DNA of 64,000 nt from the human T2T-CHM13v2.0 reference genome, Homo sapiens: NCBI RefSeq assembly GCF_009914755.1, contig NC_060926.1; one strand, given 5' to 3'. The position numbers and the translations under genes are program-made. Positions 43,861-60,453 of this stretch are shown here, in pieces. Each line of letters starts with the position of its first letter. Position 1 is the first letter of the stretch. Under the pieces are notes generated by a model. The model saw nothing but the letters and a program-made list of their open reading frames with translations. It made no database searches and was not told the origin of the DNA.

Positions 43861-44244
43861 TCACTAGATATTTGTTACATCAATAAACAATTTTTAAAAA
43901 ATAACTTGACTGGATAAATTAGTTCACAACCAAGTGTATGTTCAATTAAATCAACTCAGACCTACCTATTTTTTTTTATTACCAATTTGAACTGTCCATC
44001 ATAAAGGGAAAATAAAGCAGTCACTTTTAGTAATAAGTTGCTAAGCGTTATTTTATTTCTGTTAAATAAACAACCTAAGCATGTATGCATGGTTTGAATT
44101 TTCTTTTCCAGCACTGTACCATATATCTGGAATATTTTTAAAAATTGAACACCATATTTGTTTATACAAACAGACATTATAAGTAAGTGCTCTACGTTGT
44201 AGTTTACAATAAATTTTGCTCTAAAATATCAATAATAATGTCAC

Positions 44245-44339
44245 CTCTTTCAGGTCTTCATATAATATGAACTTAACATTGTCGCCATCAAGATGTTTGT
44301 TCCAATTGATTGCAAAATCAAAATACCTTCCCCAAGAAA
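44245..44339 (-). CDS. SULT6B1: SULT6B1 coding exon 5 (95 nt; VSWGRYFDFAINWNKHLDGDNVKFILYEDLKE)
   Basis: AG/GT boundaries; YEDLK SULT motif. Confidence 0.95.
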
Positions 44340-44704
44340 CTAGAAACACAGGGGGGAAGACTTTAAGAAATGTCAAATAACTGAGGTTAAAATGATCATT
44401 AATTTATGCTATAAAATATAAACTATACATATGTGTATATGCTCGAGATATCTTTATGTTATTATAAATCCCTGCCACCAAAAAGCTGATATAAATCAGT
44501 CCCATTGTCTAAATTTCTATTTATTTTCTTACCTTTTGGAACATTTTTCATAAATAACACAAAATTAAGCAAGTTACAAAAATGATTTATAAAAACTATA
44601 AGACATTCATGAATATTTAGGTGGATTAAAAAAATTCAGAAATAGTGAATGACACATGAAATCCGACAGAGACAATGCCAGAAAGAAATGATGAAAAAGA
44701 CATT

Positions 44705-45205
44705 TTCTAGACCATCGTTGTTCAATAAAAATGTAATGCTAGCCATATACGTAATTTTAAAAAACAAAAGAAACAAATGAAATTAATTTTAATGTTTTAC
44801 TCCACTTAACCCAGTTTATCAAAAATATTATTCCATCATATAGTCAACAAAAATTTGAGTGAAACATTACATTATTTTAATATGCTAAATCTTCAAAAGC
44901 CATGGAGTATGAGACATATACTGAGAATCTCAATTTGGATGCTAAATTTTTATTGAAAATACTTGATGTATATTTAGATTTAATAAAACGTACAGTTTAA
45001 AAAGTATATTCACATACGCAACTTATTACACTTACTTAAAAGTTTTCCATTAACTGAATTGTATATCCCTTAAAAATTTTGAATTAATTCCATTTTTTTA
45101 AAATGAGAAATTTAGTTCCTTGGCACCAGTCCCATTCAAGTCCCATTTCAAGTGCTCCGTTGTCACATATGGTTAGTGGCCTACCACATTGGACAATGCA
45201 GATGC
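44705..45205. mobile_element. MER33/Charlie-like hAT remnant
   Basis: Termini resemble MER33 (GTTGTTCAATAAAAATGTAATGCTAGCCATAT...GGTTAGTGGCCTACCACATTGGACAATGCA). Confidence 0.6.
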
Positions 45206-45322
45206 AGACACTGGTCAGCTGTGCTGGTTACTAGCTCTGTGACTTTGAGAAACTCTTAAAACTCCTTGTACCTTAGATTCCTCAACTGTAAAATGGGGCG
45301 TTATGAGGTTTAAATGAATTAA

Positions 45323-45677
<355 letters not shown>

Positions 45678-47125
45678 TAGCCATTACTATTATTAATAAT
45701 ATCATAGTTATTATCATGATCATTGTTATCATGAAGCCCTTGCTTTGAGCCAGGCAGTTTCTATGTGTTTTATTTTCTGTCACAAATACCGTAAGTTGCC
45801 TACCCAACATCTAATACATCCTCTTTCTTGTTGCTAACCAAACCCTGATTATTTGGGTCTAAGCTGATCATGACAATTCTGTTTCTTGATATCCTGCCTT
45901 CCTCAGAGCTGTAATTGGCCACATGAAATGGTTCTGCCCAGTGAGACACAAACAAGAGTCTGCTGGAAGGTTTCTGGCAAAACTATTGCTGTGTGGAGCT
46001 AAGGAACACATTCGGCTACTGCTGATGTGTTCCTCCTTTTTCATGACCTAAAGGTGATGATTGGAAGGATAGTAGCCAATTTCAGGGTGTATTGCAAAAA
46101 GTATGAGAGAGAGGCCAAGGGAATATCAGAGGTGCAGGCCAGAGATCCCAGGAACCAGCTACCTACCTTCAGACTTCCTGTTAAATGAGAAAAACAAACC
46201 TCTCCAAGGATGGATAGGGAAACAGATATTCCCTAAAATGCATTGTCCCACTGATGACAAGTTTCTCATCATCATTTGCAACAACACGGAGGGAGGAGAT
46301 TATGTTAACCAAAATAAGCTAGACACAAAAAGAAAAATACGAAGCCTGGGCAATATAGTGAGGCCCCATCTCTACAAAAAGAAAAAAAATCAGCTGCGCA
46401 TGGTGGTAAGTGCCTGTGGTCCCAGCTACTTAGGAGGCTGAGGACCACGTGAGCCCAGAAGGTCAAGGCTGCAGTGAGCCTTGCCGCTACACTCCAGCCT
46501 AGGTGACAGAGTGAAATCTTGTCTCAAAAAAAAAAAAAAAAAAAAAGAAAGAAAGAAAAAAAAGAGAAGAATACAGCATGTTTTCACTTATATGTGGAAT
46601 CTTTACAAAGTCAGATACATAATAGAGAGTAGGATGGTGGTTACAGGGATGGGGAAGGGCAGAAAATAGGGAGACAGAAGTCAAAAGGTACAAACTTGTT
46701 ATGAAGTTATGAATTATTCAGTTATGAGCATCTTGAGATCTAATGTACAGCATGAGAATGACAGTTAATGATGACAGTTAATGATTTTATACCATATAAT
46801 ATTCGTTAAAAGAATAGATTTTAGGTGCTCTTACTAAACACAAAACAGGTAATTGTGTGACATGATAGATATGTTAATTTGCTTGATTGTATTAATCATT
46901 TCATTGTGTATACGGTGAAACATCATTTTGTTGTACACCTTAAATATATACAACAAAAATAAATACATTTTTTAAAAAGTAGCCCTCTTAGAGTGAACTG
47001 ACAACAGCTTCTCCTCCAGGGTCATTGGGCTTTAATATCCCATCTATTACACCGTACAGACTCAAAAGAGCCACTAAAAAAAGGAATCAGTTACTGGTCT
47101 CTGGCCACTATACTCATGGATGTAG

Positions 47126-47706
<581 letters not shown>

Positions 47707-48063
47707 TAGTTTGTTATAAATCTTAAATTAAAATAATGCATAGACGACCCCTACTTTAGCACCTGGAGCATTAATAGACACTTAGAGTTATCAATAAACC
47801 AGAGACAAAATATCAACATGTTTAACAAAAACTTATTTCTGACAAAAACTTATTTTCTTTCTAGCAAACAAATGTCTTAGGTATAGTAGCTCAGTGTCAT
47901 GGTTTTTTAAAAAATATTTTTTGTTTTTATCAGTGTTACATAGTGACAAGGAAGTTCACTAGAAATGGTTTTCTACATCACTCACTGTTAAAGCTCTCTT
48001 TGTCCCATGTCTTTTCTATGGCCACTCTGTACTCATAGTCAACATACGACTTGTCCAAATTAG

Positions 48064-48276
<213 letters not shown>

Positions 48277-48570
48277 TAGCCAGGACAGTCTTGATCTCCT
48301 GACCTTGTGATCTGCCCGCCTCGGCCTCCCAAAGTGCTGGGATTACAGGCGTGAGCCACCACACCTGGCCCCAAATTCGTTTTTAAAACAGCAATGCATT
48401 TAATTGTTGGATGCACAGAACTAATGGTGCTATGACCGTTCATTTAAATGAAACTTTTTGGTTCCCAGATCTACCTAAATCTTCTTCCTTTACCCTAAAA
48501 CACATTTGGGTTTTCACATTTATGTGGTCATCTGATCAAGTAAGAATAATTCTTTTACCAACAGCCATAC

Positions 48571-48697
48571 CTTGTCCTTTCATGAACTGTCTGAAGAATT
48601 CATCCCAAGAGCCATAGCTTGGAATATCGGGGACATCGTTGTGGAAATGCAAAAAAGATACTGCTGTATCTTTAGGGTTTCGAAATATCACCAATAT
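48571..48697 (-). CDS. SULT6B1: SULT6B1 coding exon 4 (127 nt; ILVIFRNPKDTAVSFLHF...FMKGQ)
   Basis: 3'-phosphate-binding RNPKDxxVS motif; AG/GT boundaries. Confidence 0.96.
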
Positions 48698-49059
48698 CTA
48701 GGGAGCAAAAATTGAGTTAATTTATTTGGGTCTATGTTTTGAAATTTGGAAAATTAAAAGGGTGAGCAATATCATCATGTCCACTCGTATATTACATAAT
48801 TGTGTTAATATATAGAGAAAGAATGACAGTAGGAAACTGAGGAACAGGAGGTGGCTGATGGGGAAATCTGGGGAAAGGAGAGAAAGAAGAAGAAAAAGAT
48901 TGATATTGTTGCAAAGGATTCTTGCAAATGAATTTAGGCAATAAGATGCACAGAAGATGTAAAAAGGAAAAAAAGACCAAGCTCACTAGGATAATCACAA
49001 GAGTATGACCTGAAAGCTTAAATCCTCAAATAAAAATTGCAAATAATGTTAAGGACGAC

Positions 49060-50300
49060 AAAAATAATGTTTTAGAGTTGGTAGGAGAAGATTAAAGAAT
49101 GGCAAAGCCCACTCTCTGGGTATGATGTTTATGGGTGAGTACATGACACAGAACGTCTGAATTCCTATATCTGCCTTCTTTGATGAGGAAAGTGTTCCTT
49201 TGGATGAGTAGCATGAAATAAACATCGTAAAGAACAAACTGAAACCCCAGAGAACCAAAAGATTGCAGAGGATCACACGTCTGCTCTGAGTTCAGCCTTC
49301 TGGCCTGAAGCCTTCTATTTCAAGAACTGAGGAAACTGGAGGACACATGATCCAGCATGTTCCTGAATTCCGAGGAATCTGAAAACATGTGAGGCCAGAC
49401 AACTAGAACAGGCAGAAGTCATTTCATTTTCAGAAAGGGGAAAGATGTGGATTTTGCAAAGTGCAGATTTGTGATATTCACTTTCATTTGGGAGAAGTCT
49501 AGAATTGACTAAAAACAAGATTTGGGGCCACATAAAAGAGGAAACTGTAACCAACAGGGGGCAACATGGACCCTCTAAGAACAAGTCAGCTAACACCTGG
49601 ATTTTTTCAACATGGTTTTAGATTAGTAGGTGGAGTAGCTTATGATTTCTCCTACAGAAAAAGTAAGAATGTAAGGCAGAATCAGGAGCAGTTAGGCATA
49701 TGAAACTGACTGGGGGCTGGGCATGGTGGCTTATGCCTGTTATCCCAGCACTTTGTGAGGCTGAGGCGGCTGGATCACTTGAGATCAGGAGTTCGAGACC
49801 AGCCTGGCCAACATGGGGAAACCCTGGTGCTACTAAAAATACAAAAATTAGCCAGGCGCAGTGTTGTGCACCTGTAGTCTCAGCTACTCGGGAGGCTGAG
49901 GCAGGAGAATTGGTTGAACCTAGGAGACGGAGGTTGTCATGAGCCAAGATTGTGCCATTTCACTGCATCCTGGGCAGCAGAGCAAGACTCCATCTCAACA
50001 ATAACAACAATAACAAAACTGACTGGGTATAAATAGTTAATTAACTAATGTAAACCTGCTGGGAGGTTTTTAATAAGCCCTTCCACTCTCTTGGCTGGGT
50101 AATAGTTAATGTTTTAATGAATCATTTAGGTAAAGATATAGAAGCTATATTTACCAAATTTGTAAATAACATGAAAGTGGGAGGGAATCAGGATCTCAAA
50201 ATACCTTGTCTGCCTAAAGAATTTAACTAACACCAACAGGATAAAATTGAGTAGAGATCAATGGGTCTGGGTCTTGTCTTGTGCTTAGATCTAACACTCT
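49060..50300 (+). mobile_element. Ancient CR1/L3 LINE remnant with an Alu insertion (49715-50010)
   Basis: Degenerate CR1 ORF2-like segment (CATTTTCAGAAAGGGGAAAGATGTGGATT...) resembling the PIFKKGKKVD region. Confidence 0.5.
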
Positions 50301-51537
50301 TCCCTCCCCCTAGTCCAAATATAGTAGATTCTTGCCATTTGAGGGCTTTATATTTGAGGCTTTAACTACCACTCAGTTGCCCTGGCTTGTAGCAATCTGT
50401 AAGTTTACAAAGACATAAATTTGAATTTGAGGGCTAATTGGCTGGAGTATGAACAAATTCCCCACGTCAACGTCTTACCTCCCTGCTGTTGCTCTTGTTT
50501 TTTGTTGTTTTTCAGACCGGGTCTGACTCTGTTACCCAGGCTAGAGTGCAGTGGCACGATCTCACTCACTGCAACCTCTGCCTCCTGGGCTCAAGCAATC
50601 CTCCATCTCAGCCTCCCAAGTAGCTGGGACCACAGCGGTGCACCACCATGCCCGGCTAATTTTTGTATTTTTTGTAGAGACAGGGGTCTCACTATGTTGC
50701 CAAGGCTGGTCTTGAACTCCTGGGCTCAAGCGATCCCTCCTGCTTCGGCCTCCCAAAGTGCTGGGATTACAGATGTGAGCCACTGCATCCAGCCCCTGTT
50801 GCTCTTTTCTTGCCCTTATATTCTTACAAATGTGAAACTCTGTTCAAAAGCCTGCGTGCCCCAAGTCCAACGCTTTATAAATTACTTCAGCTCTGTTTAT
50901 TATAGAGACACTAAGGAAAAATGTGTTAACTGCATTCAATGGGGGAAATTACGTGTTAAAATGGTATTTCAGACTTTACACATTCGCGATATAAGGAAAA
51001 ACTGTTTAACAGAGCTATTCAAAGCTGGCTTAGGGGATACTGGAGATCTTTATCATTGGAGGTGCTGAATCATGGTCCAGCTGCTTAGTGGAATTCAAAC
51101 ACTCAATGGGAATTAGCATAGATGACCTTTAAGATATTTTCCCATTTTAAGCTACTAGGATTCTTGTATCACAGCCACAAAGCTGCTCATTCTAAACCTC
51201 CACTTCCCTAAGGTTTGCTTTCCTACTCTTCCTTTCTTATTTTGCTTCCCCTCCTGCCTCTTACCATTGAAATTGTAGTCATCTTAACAGTTTTCCTGTT
51301 GTGCCTTTCTTTGCTCTTACCTCACTATTCTCCCATTCTTCTTGCTAGCATTCGGCAGAAGTTAAATTTTTTTTTTTTTTTTTGAGACAAGGTCTCACTC
51401 TGCCGCCCAGGCTGGAGAGCAGTGGCGAGATTTTGGCTCACTGCAACGTCCGCCTCTCAGATTCAAGGGATTCTGCTGCCTCAGGCTCCCAAGTAGCTGA
51501 GATTACAGGCACGTGCTATCACACCTGGCTATTTTTA

Positions 51538-51613
51538 GTAGGTTGGTGCAAAAATTGGGGGTTTTGCCATTAAAAGTAATTCAAAAAACGCAATTACTTT
51601 TGCACCAACCTAA
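51538..51613. mobile_element. MADE1 (Hsmar1-derived palindromic MITE) inserted in the mid A-rich region of a minus-strand Alu (51367-51738)
   Basis: TAGGTTGGTGCAAAA...TTTTGCACCAACCTAA terminal inverted repeats, TA target duplication. Confidence 0.93.
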
Positions 51614-51995
51614 TATTTTTTGTAGAGATGTGGTTTCACCATGTTGGCCAGGCTGGTCTCGAACTACTGACTTCAAGTGATCTGCCCACCTCGGCCTCTC
51701 AAAGTGCTGGGATTACAAGTGTGAGTCACCGCACCCTGCAGGGAGTTTAAATAAATCTTGATTGTAACTAATTCAAATCATTTTCTTCTGAGACAGAAAA
51801 AAGGCACCAAGAAATAAGGAACAGAGGGGAGACCAGGAGAGAGGAAACAGAAAGGGTTGGGTAAAAACTAGTAATTACAAGAAATATATCAATACTGATT
51901 AATAAAACAACATTTTTAAACAAATGATAAGAACAGCCAAAGCACATATAGTTCTGTATGCATGCTGTGAAGTTTGTTACTACATGTGAAATTCA

Positions 51996-52220
<225 letters not shown>

Positions 52221-52536
52221 TTACTAAATTGTATTTTTTGTGTGTGCATGAAACACTCTAAATATTCTATCAGGATTCAGAAAATTATTCACTGTAAAAC
52301 AGATTATAAAATACATTTTATTCTACGCATATGTTTTATTTCCTTGTTGAAAATGCATTTGACTTGAGTGCAACTATAGCAAATATATGTCAAGAAAGAA
52401 ACAAAAACAAAAAAACTAAATGTCACAGTTCATTTATTAAGCTTCTATGAGAAGGAACAAACTCATGATCTACTTCCAAAAACTAATATCTATACATAGA
52501 AATTTTAAAGAATTATCAGTAGGAAAGGACACTCAC

Positions 52537-52626
52537 CTTGGCTTTATTCTCGAAGATAGACCCAGGTAATTTGTCATAGTGGAGGTGAGTTGCCAAAATC
52601 CTTGGTGATGGAAAGCCTTTCATTCT
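52537..52626 (-). CDS. SULT6B1: SULT6B1 coding exon 3 (90 nt; RMKGFPSPRILATHLHYDKLPGSIFENKAK)
   Basis: SPRxxxTHL catalytic-His motif; tttttaag|AGA...AAG|gtgagt. Confidence 0.96.
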
Positions 52627-52719
52627 CTTAAAAATATACACAAAAAGGTGAAAATGTGCACGTGTGTGCATGTGTGTGTGTGTGTTGAATCACTCCTAGG
52701 TTTGGTATCTAAGTGATAG

Positions 52720-53092
<373 letters not shown>

Positions 53093-53833
53093 TGAGGAAT
53101 GAAGAATCATAAATAAACCAATAATTAAAATATTCTTGAATTTCTTTTTTGTACCCTGCTTACCATTTCCCAATCATTTTTGTAATTTTTTAAAAAATTA
53201 CCTTTTCCCACAATCATATCAAATCCATTTTGTTCAAGAGAACTCATAATCTGAAATACACACTTTCACTTAATTTGATTCTCTTCTGTATTCAAGGTCT
53301 TTAACAGAAATAGTCAAGTCTTTCCACAGTTCCTGCGAATCCATTTTTAACATCTAAATCTTTCTGTTTAACCAGCTAAAACTCTAGGCAATAAAATATC
53401 TCAATGGAACCTGAAAGTACAGAGTTACTTAAATGTCCGAGAAATGTTTTATGAGAGAAATTCTTGTCAGTATATGGACAAAGGTGATTGATTCTTTTTC
53501 TGTAATCTATTTCTATAGATAATTTTGAAGATAAAATTATCTATTTAATCTGCCAGGATTAAGGGCTTTCACTTACAATCAGACCATTAGTATATGTTAT
53601 GCAGGGAAGTAAGGCTTCAAGTTTTTAGTCCCACATCTGTAGCGGTCACTTACTGCTTGGTTGCAGCTACAATATAATGTAAGTGATAAAAGGATATTCA
53701 GATGTTTGTAGCCAATTGTTCTGTAAAAACTTAGTGGAGGCTGGGCATCCTGCCCAATATGGGGAAACCCCATCTCTACTAAAAATACAAAAAATTAGCT
53801 GGGCGTGGTGGTGCACACCTGTAGTCCCAGCTA

Positions 53834-54031
<198 letters not shown>

Positions 54032-54515
54032 TCAATGATATGGATCCAAGCGGTGACTAGCAGTGTAAAATCTGATTTACAACAAATGGTACCTTTAAAC
54101 ATTTGAAGCATTTTCATGCTCATTCACAACAATCCTCTTAGGTAGATATCGTAACCCCCATTTTAGAGATTAAGAACAGGCTTTGAGGTTTTAAGCACTT
54201 TGTGCAAAATTGCACAGGTGGTTATTTTCAGATTAAGTTATAGACTGTGGTTTCCATGAAACTGCATGGCCAAAAATCATGTACAGACACATGAGAAATG
54301 GTAAGGTTACTAAAAGGATTAGAAAAGCACCCAAGGGAAAAATGGAAGTCAACTGTAACTAAATTAGATAGCTACATAATATATAATACTATGTTCACTA
54401 AAATATGTAATATAGCCCAAATGTGAGCAAAGACTAGATACCTTATTTAAGGAAAAATATGTACTCCAGAAAAGTTCTCTGTAAAGCAAATAATTGTTAA
54501 GTGAAGTTCATTTCA

Positions 54516-54979
<464 letters not shown>

Positions 54980-55567
54980 CTACCTAGGTCAAAGCTTCTT
55001 ACTGCCCCTGTTGGTCCATCCTACGTTCCTGGGCCTGTCTCAGCTGAGCCTTCATCAGGTTGGCTTTGGTACAGGTGACCCTCCCTGCTCCTTTGTTGCC
55101 AACCAAATCCAGGACTCGGCACTTACCTCCAAAACACCCTCCTCTGAGTCCCTTTACCATGTGTTTTTCTGCTACTTTGACCTAATCCATGGAAATGGGC
55201 TTCCTTCCATGTAGGTTCCAACTTTCAAGTTTGTATTTGTCATCATGCCAGTGTCTCAGTCACCTTCCAGAAGCTGTTCCCTAAGTCCCAATCCAGTGGC
55301 TTTATGTTAGTAGCTGAGTTCTCTCTGCCTGTTGGGAATCTTGGTGGTGAACACTGCTGAAAGTTTTACTGAGACTGTGGTTCCCCCTTGAATACAGCCT
55401 TCCCTTCCCCGCTGCATTCTGGTGTGTCTAGGAGTGGGGAGAGGCTGTCTTCCATGTCTTTTTTCTGTCCAAGCCCTGAAGTCCTGAGGTAGACCATCCT
55501 CCCACTCCTTTCTTGCCTTCCCTGGGCAGGGAGTAGAACATCCTATCTCACATCCAAGACCCAGTTA

Positions 55568-55858
<291 letters not shown>

Positions 55859-56466
55859 TTAACCAGGTGTACTGGCACGTGCCTGCAGTCCCAGCTACTC
55901 AGGAGGGTGAAGCAGGAGGATCGCTTGAGCCCAGGAGGTCGAGGCTGCAGTGAGCCATGATCACACCACTGCACTGCAGCCTGGGCAATGAAGTGAGACT
56001 CCATTTCAAATAGAAATCATGGTTTACTAGGAAAAGACTGGTGATTCCTACTACCATCCTGCACAGGTCCATGTCTTCAGAGATGAGACTTTTCTGTTCA
56101 TTTCCTGAGGTTTCTCAGCTTACTTTCCCCCTACTTAAAATAAAAAGAACAAAAACAGCCTGGCTATACAGTATAGTTGTTAAAAGCTCAAACTGAAAAA
56201 CTTGGGTTCAAATCTTGGCTCTATCATTTATTAGTCCCTTGACCTTGGGCAAGTCCCTAGCATTTCTATCTTTTGTGAAATGGTAATAAGGTTATTTTGC
56301 AGAAAATGAGATGATACCTGAACAGTGCTGAGGATATGGTAAGCACACAGTAAATTGTGGTAATTATTAGCATTGCACTTTCTAAACTGAAAACTAAAGC
56401 ATCTCCAAACCGGAAGAAATCTTTCTATGATAATTTGCTGTAAGGTTAAAGGCTGGTTGTACTAAC

Positions 56467-56579
56467 CTGATATTTTTCTGAATCCCCACATTCAAGAACT
56501 GGGAATTCTGGATATTTATACTTTTTTTTAGAAACAGCATATATTAATTCACTGACAATGTGGAGAATCCAGTTTGAAC
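56467..56579 (-). CDS. SULT6B1: SULT6B1 coding exon 2 (113 nt; GSNWILHIVSELIYAVSKKKYKYPEFPVLECGDSEKYQ)
   Basis: Completes the 5'-PSB loop YPKCGSNW; AG/GT boundaries. Confidence 0.96.
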
Positions 56580-57553
56580 CTATCAGAAAAATCAGAGAAT
56601 AAAAACTCATTACGGAGTCTTGATATAACAAAAGGACGTTACTTTAGCATATACATGATAAAAATTAAAATCTACAACCATTCCCTGATGTGTATATTTA
56701 GTTCTTCTGTCTTTGAAATAACTTGGGCTATGGAAAGAAATGGTTTGATTGAAAACAGCATTTACCTATAATTAGTATAAAATTCAACTGAGAACAGATG
56801 GCTCCTTTAACAAGGGACAATGCTTCATTTTGAATCTAGAATATGTTTCTTATAGGACAATGTTATGTTATAGAAATAGTTTATTATAAGTTGTATATAT
56901 TATTTTACATTAAATTAATATGTATTTTCTACAGGAATCTATAATTTTGATTTTATGAAAACACAGCATCAGTTAAGAAAAAAAGATATTAAATGAGGTT
57001 GGCTTTAGTAAACAACAGTAGAAAGAATCAAAAGGAGATGGTAGAAAGCAGGATCATCTAGATTCTTCATGTCTTATTTTCCGTTGATGAAGGATCTTTG
57101 TAAAAGTGATTTGAGAAACTGATGGAGCAATATTTGATCCTGAAAAATAATTTATAACATGGAAATCATCATGTAAATTATAGAAGTGGCTGTGCTTTTG
57201 TCCAGCCAGAAATCAAGACAAAATCACTGCTACTGTCACTGTTCCTTGCCAACTGGACTTTCCCACATTCATGCTCCTCCCTTCCAGGCCCGTCATCCAC
57301 CCCCTTCTGCCCTCCATCCTCCATCATGGCCTTTCCGCACAGAGCTCTTCCTTCAGACACTGGAGTTTTTTAATCTAGCAGTTCTATTTACTGATTTTAC
57401 AACCTACGTACTTAACCACTGTGGCCCTCCTCCTCACTGATGCTCAGACAGATTCCTGCAATGACGAACCGCCTTCATCCCACCTTTGTCTCATACCCTC
57501 CCCAACCTACTCACTATGAGAAGTGTACTTGTAGGAAACGACTTGTCATTTAC

Positions 57554-57752
57554 CGCACTTTGGATAAGATGCTAGCACGATGTCATCATGTCTGGCTTCG
57601 AAGGTGTCCAGCGCTTGGAAAGTTTCTGAGGTGCACATGGTGATGGGGTAAGGAATCCCCTGATAGGTGAAAAATAAATGAGAGAGTGCAGTTTCTTTTG
57701 ATTTTTCTAAAGCTTCGTCAATGTATTCAATAAATTTGGATTTATCAGCCAT
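57554..57752 (-). CDS. SULT6B1: SULT6B1 first coding exon (MADKSKFIEYIDEALEK...DDIVLASYPKC); second in-frame ATG at 57638 would give 265 aa
   Basis: Perfect Kozak GCCACCATGG; F.AR.DD....YPK SULT signature; donor G|gtaaat. Confidence 0.96.
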
Positions 57753-58363
57753 GGTGGCTCCCTGTAAAAGAACCTGCTCTGTGGCTGTTCAGGGGGAGTG
57801 ATTGCTTTTAATGGAGTTGGGCAGGGGCTGGAATAAAGGGCTCCTCCCAGTCACATGAAAAAGAAATCATTTAATTCTCATCCACCCCTCCCTCACTATT
57901 ACATATCCTCCTGGGAAAAGCTAAACCACAGGTGCAAAACAGGCTGAGGATCAGGGAATATTACCCCAAGGGCTGATTACATGACCATTTCGGCAACCTG
58001 CCCAATGAAAGTAAGAATGGAATATCCTAATAGAAGAAAATATATATTAAATATCTAACAAATAGGTATTTAATCAGGCATGCAATTTTTCTATTAGAAA
58101 TTCACAGAATGAAACCTCAGTTCTCTTCTGGGTTGATAGATTTCCACACATATCCTCTGTGGTGTGAAAGGAAGCAATGGGATTGTGAGGTAATTTGGTG
58201 GGGTGGAAAAGAGACCAGATTTGGGGGCAGTCTTAGGCACTCTCATTTACTGGCTCAATAGATACACAAGTCTAAAGACCTGAGTTTGAACCTTGACTCT
58301 ACCATTTACTAGTTGTGTTACTCTGAGCTAATGATAATATATCTCTAAAAGTTTATGTAAAAT

Positions 58364-58900
58364 TGTTAACAGTGGAAATGTATCTGAGTTACCCCATATG
58401 GGTCTGCAGTAACCTCAATTCTTGCCTCCTCAGAAGAAAGAATTGACTGAGGATGTAAGGCCGAAAAAGAGACTGAGGCAAGTTTCAGAGCAGGAGTGGA
58501 AGTTTATTAAAAGCTTTAGAGCAGGAAAGAAAGGAAAGCACACTTAGAAGACACCCAAGTGGATGACTTCAAGTACAAGTGCAAAATGTTTAACCTTGAT
58601 GCTAGGCCTTCATAGGCTGGCCCACTTCCAGCATCTCACACCACTTTCCCATGATTCTTCCTTTAGGGTGGGCTGCCCTCCTTACCCCAGGGAAGTAAGC
58701 ATGTGCAGTGTGTTTAGGAAGCTGTACACATGCCCATCTGAGGCTTTCTTCCCTTTTCTAGTGTAGTGCCCCCAGAAGGTCATACTACGTCATTGTGTCT
58801 CTTAATGCGTGTGCGGGGAAGGTGCTTCTCCCTGGAACATTTCCTAGGGTACGCTCTTTCTCTAGCAGCCACTCTCCCCTTTTTCCTTTGGGTAAGTTGG
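58364..58900 (-). mobile_element. ERV1 (MER4-group-like) LTR, 3' portion
   Basis: Minus-strand terminus ...TAACA at 58364, LTR poly(A) signal at 58503-58508, characteristic U5 text (GCAAGTTTCAGAGCAGGAGTGGAAGTTTATT). Confidence 0.7.
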
Positions 58901-59696
58901 CCCACACTTCCCATCTCCCAGCAGCTTGGTGTGGCCCTGTGGCTAAAACAGTAAGTTGATGGCTCTCCAATTTTCTTTAGTGCCTTCCCCATACCTGGAA
59001 GGCAGATACTGTGTTGGCAAGCCAGATTTGCTAATTCGGAGGAAAGCAGCACTCCAGGGGGTGGCAGACTAACAAGACAGAGGAAGCCAGCTTACTGGAT
59101 GGCCTTGAGAAAGAGAGCCACCCTCCCATGACTCACACTGTGTAACAGGCCTCGTTCTGACCTGTATGTGAAAGAGCATAATTGTTCATCTTGTTTGAGC
59201 CACTGAATTATTGGAGTCTCAACAATTACAATTGCAATTACTCAAAAGTTATAGCAGTTTAGCCTATATCCTATCTGGTACATTTTCTGGGTCATAATTT
59301 ACTCTTTGGCCTCTTGATAAGTCAAATATCTATAAATGTAGACTGTATATTTCTTCTTATTTCTCTCCCATTCTCTTCCCCACATCTTTCTTCTTATGCT
59401 TCTTCCATTTTTCTAAGAAGGTAATTTTTTTCACTGTATTTACCTTTCTCTTAACCAATGTTAACCAGTGAAGAAGATGACTTCTAGTTATTCTTAGTTA
59501 CCAAGCTGTACTGTCATTCATGTATCAGTTAAAAGGGTAGCTAACATTATTGAGTACTTGCATGTACCACATCCCCTTCCAAATTGCTAAGATTACAGGA
59601 ACGATCTGATGTAATTTCCTAACAGCCTTATGAAATGGGTGTTGCTTTGCTACCTTTTGCAGTTAGGTTAATTGAGGCCACAGGGGCTAAGTGGCT

Positions 59697-60191
59697 TCTA
59701 GAAGACGAGAGGTGAGGGTTGGCGGGAGGAAAAGCAGGTTTTAATCGGAGAGCCAGCAAACAGAGAAGATGGTGAACTAGTGTTCTAAAGTACCACCTTA
59801 AATTTTAAAATTGACCATAGCGTTTTTAAGGGGGAAATGTATGGGAGACATTTGGGAGTGGTACAGGATGCAGGGTCTGTATGTCTTGTTTCAACGGATA
59901 TCTTGGGTAATTGCCTGTTTGGAGGTCTGGCTGGCATTATCTTGATTTCAGCCCAATGGTAGTGGAGAAAATGTTTGCGACTCCCCCTAAGCACAAGGAT
60001 TCTGTAGTTGGGGCTCTGCACTTGGTTTGTTTCAAGATTAGCTTCTGGAATTTTTTAACCAAGAAAACAATTAGATAAACATGCATTGCCAGGGGAGAAG
60101 GTCTAGAGAGGGAAGGAATGAAGGGGTAAGAGGGGAGGGAAAGAAAGTGAGTGATTAAAAGATATTTTAAAAGCTGGGGTTCCTGGTTACA
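59697..60191 (-). mobile_element. ERV1 LTR fragment (MER67-like)
   Basis: Minus-strand start TGTAACC at 60191; GCCAGCAAACAGAGAAGATGGTGAACTAGTG motif. Confidence 0.5.
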
Positions 60192-60453
60192 ATTGCAGAG
60201 TCAGGATTTGGAGGGGCTAGGGTTGGAACGCAGGCAGTACAGCTAAGTCCAGGCAGAAAGACACTTACAATGAGATCTCAGAGGGCATAGGTTTAATTGT
60301 TAGTACCAGTGAATTCTTTGGTTCTTCTTTACCTGCTATGAGAAACAAGGCCATGGCATTTTTCACTGCAAAAAAAAAAAAAAAAAAAAAATCTTATTTT
60401 CTGAGGAGAGAGATTTTTAGGACCACAAGGGCAATAAATTTCCTGGGTTCTAG

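Noticed and set aside
46760-46785. 13-bp tandem duplication GACAGTTAATGAT
   Set aside because: Ordinary slippage inside an old L1 3' fragment.
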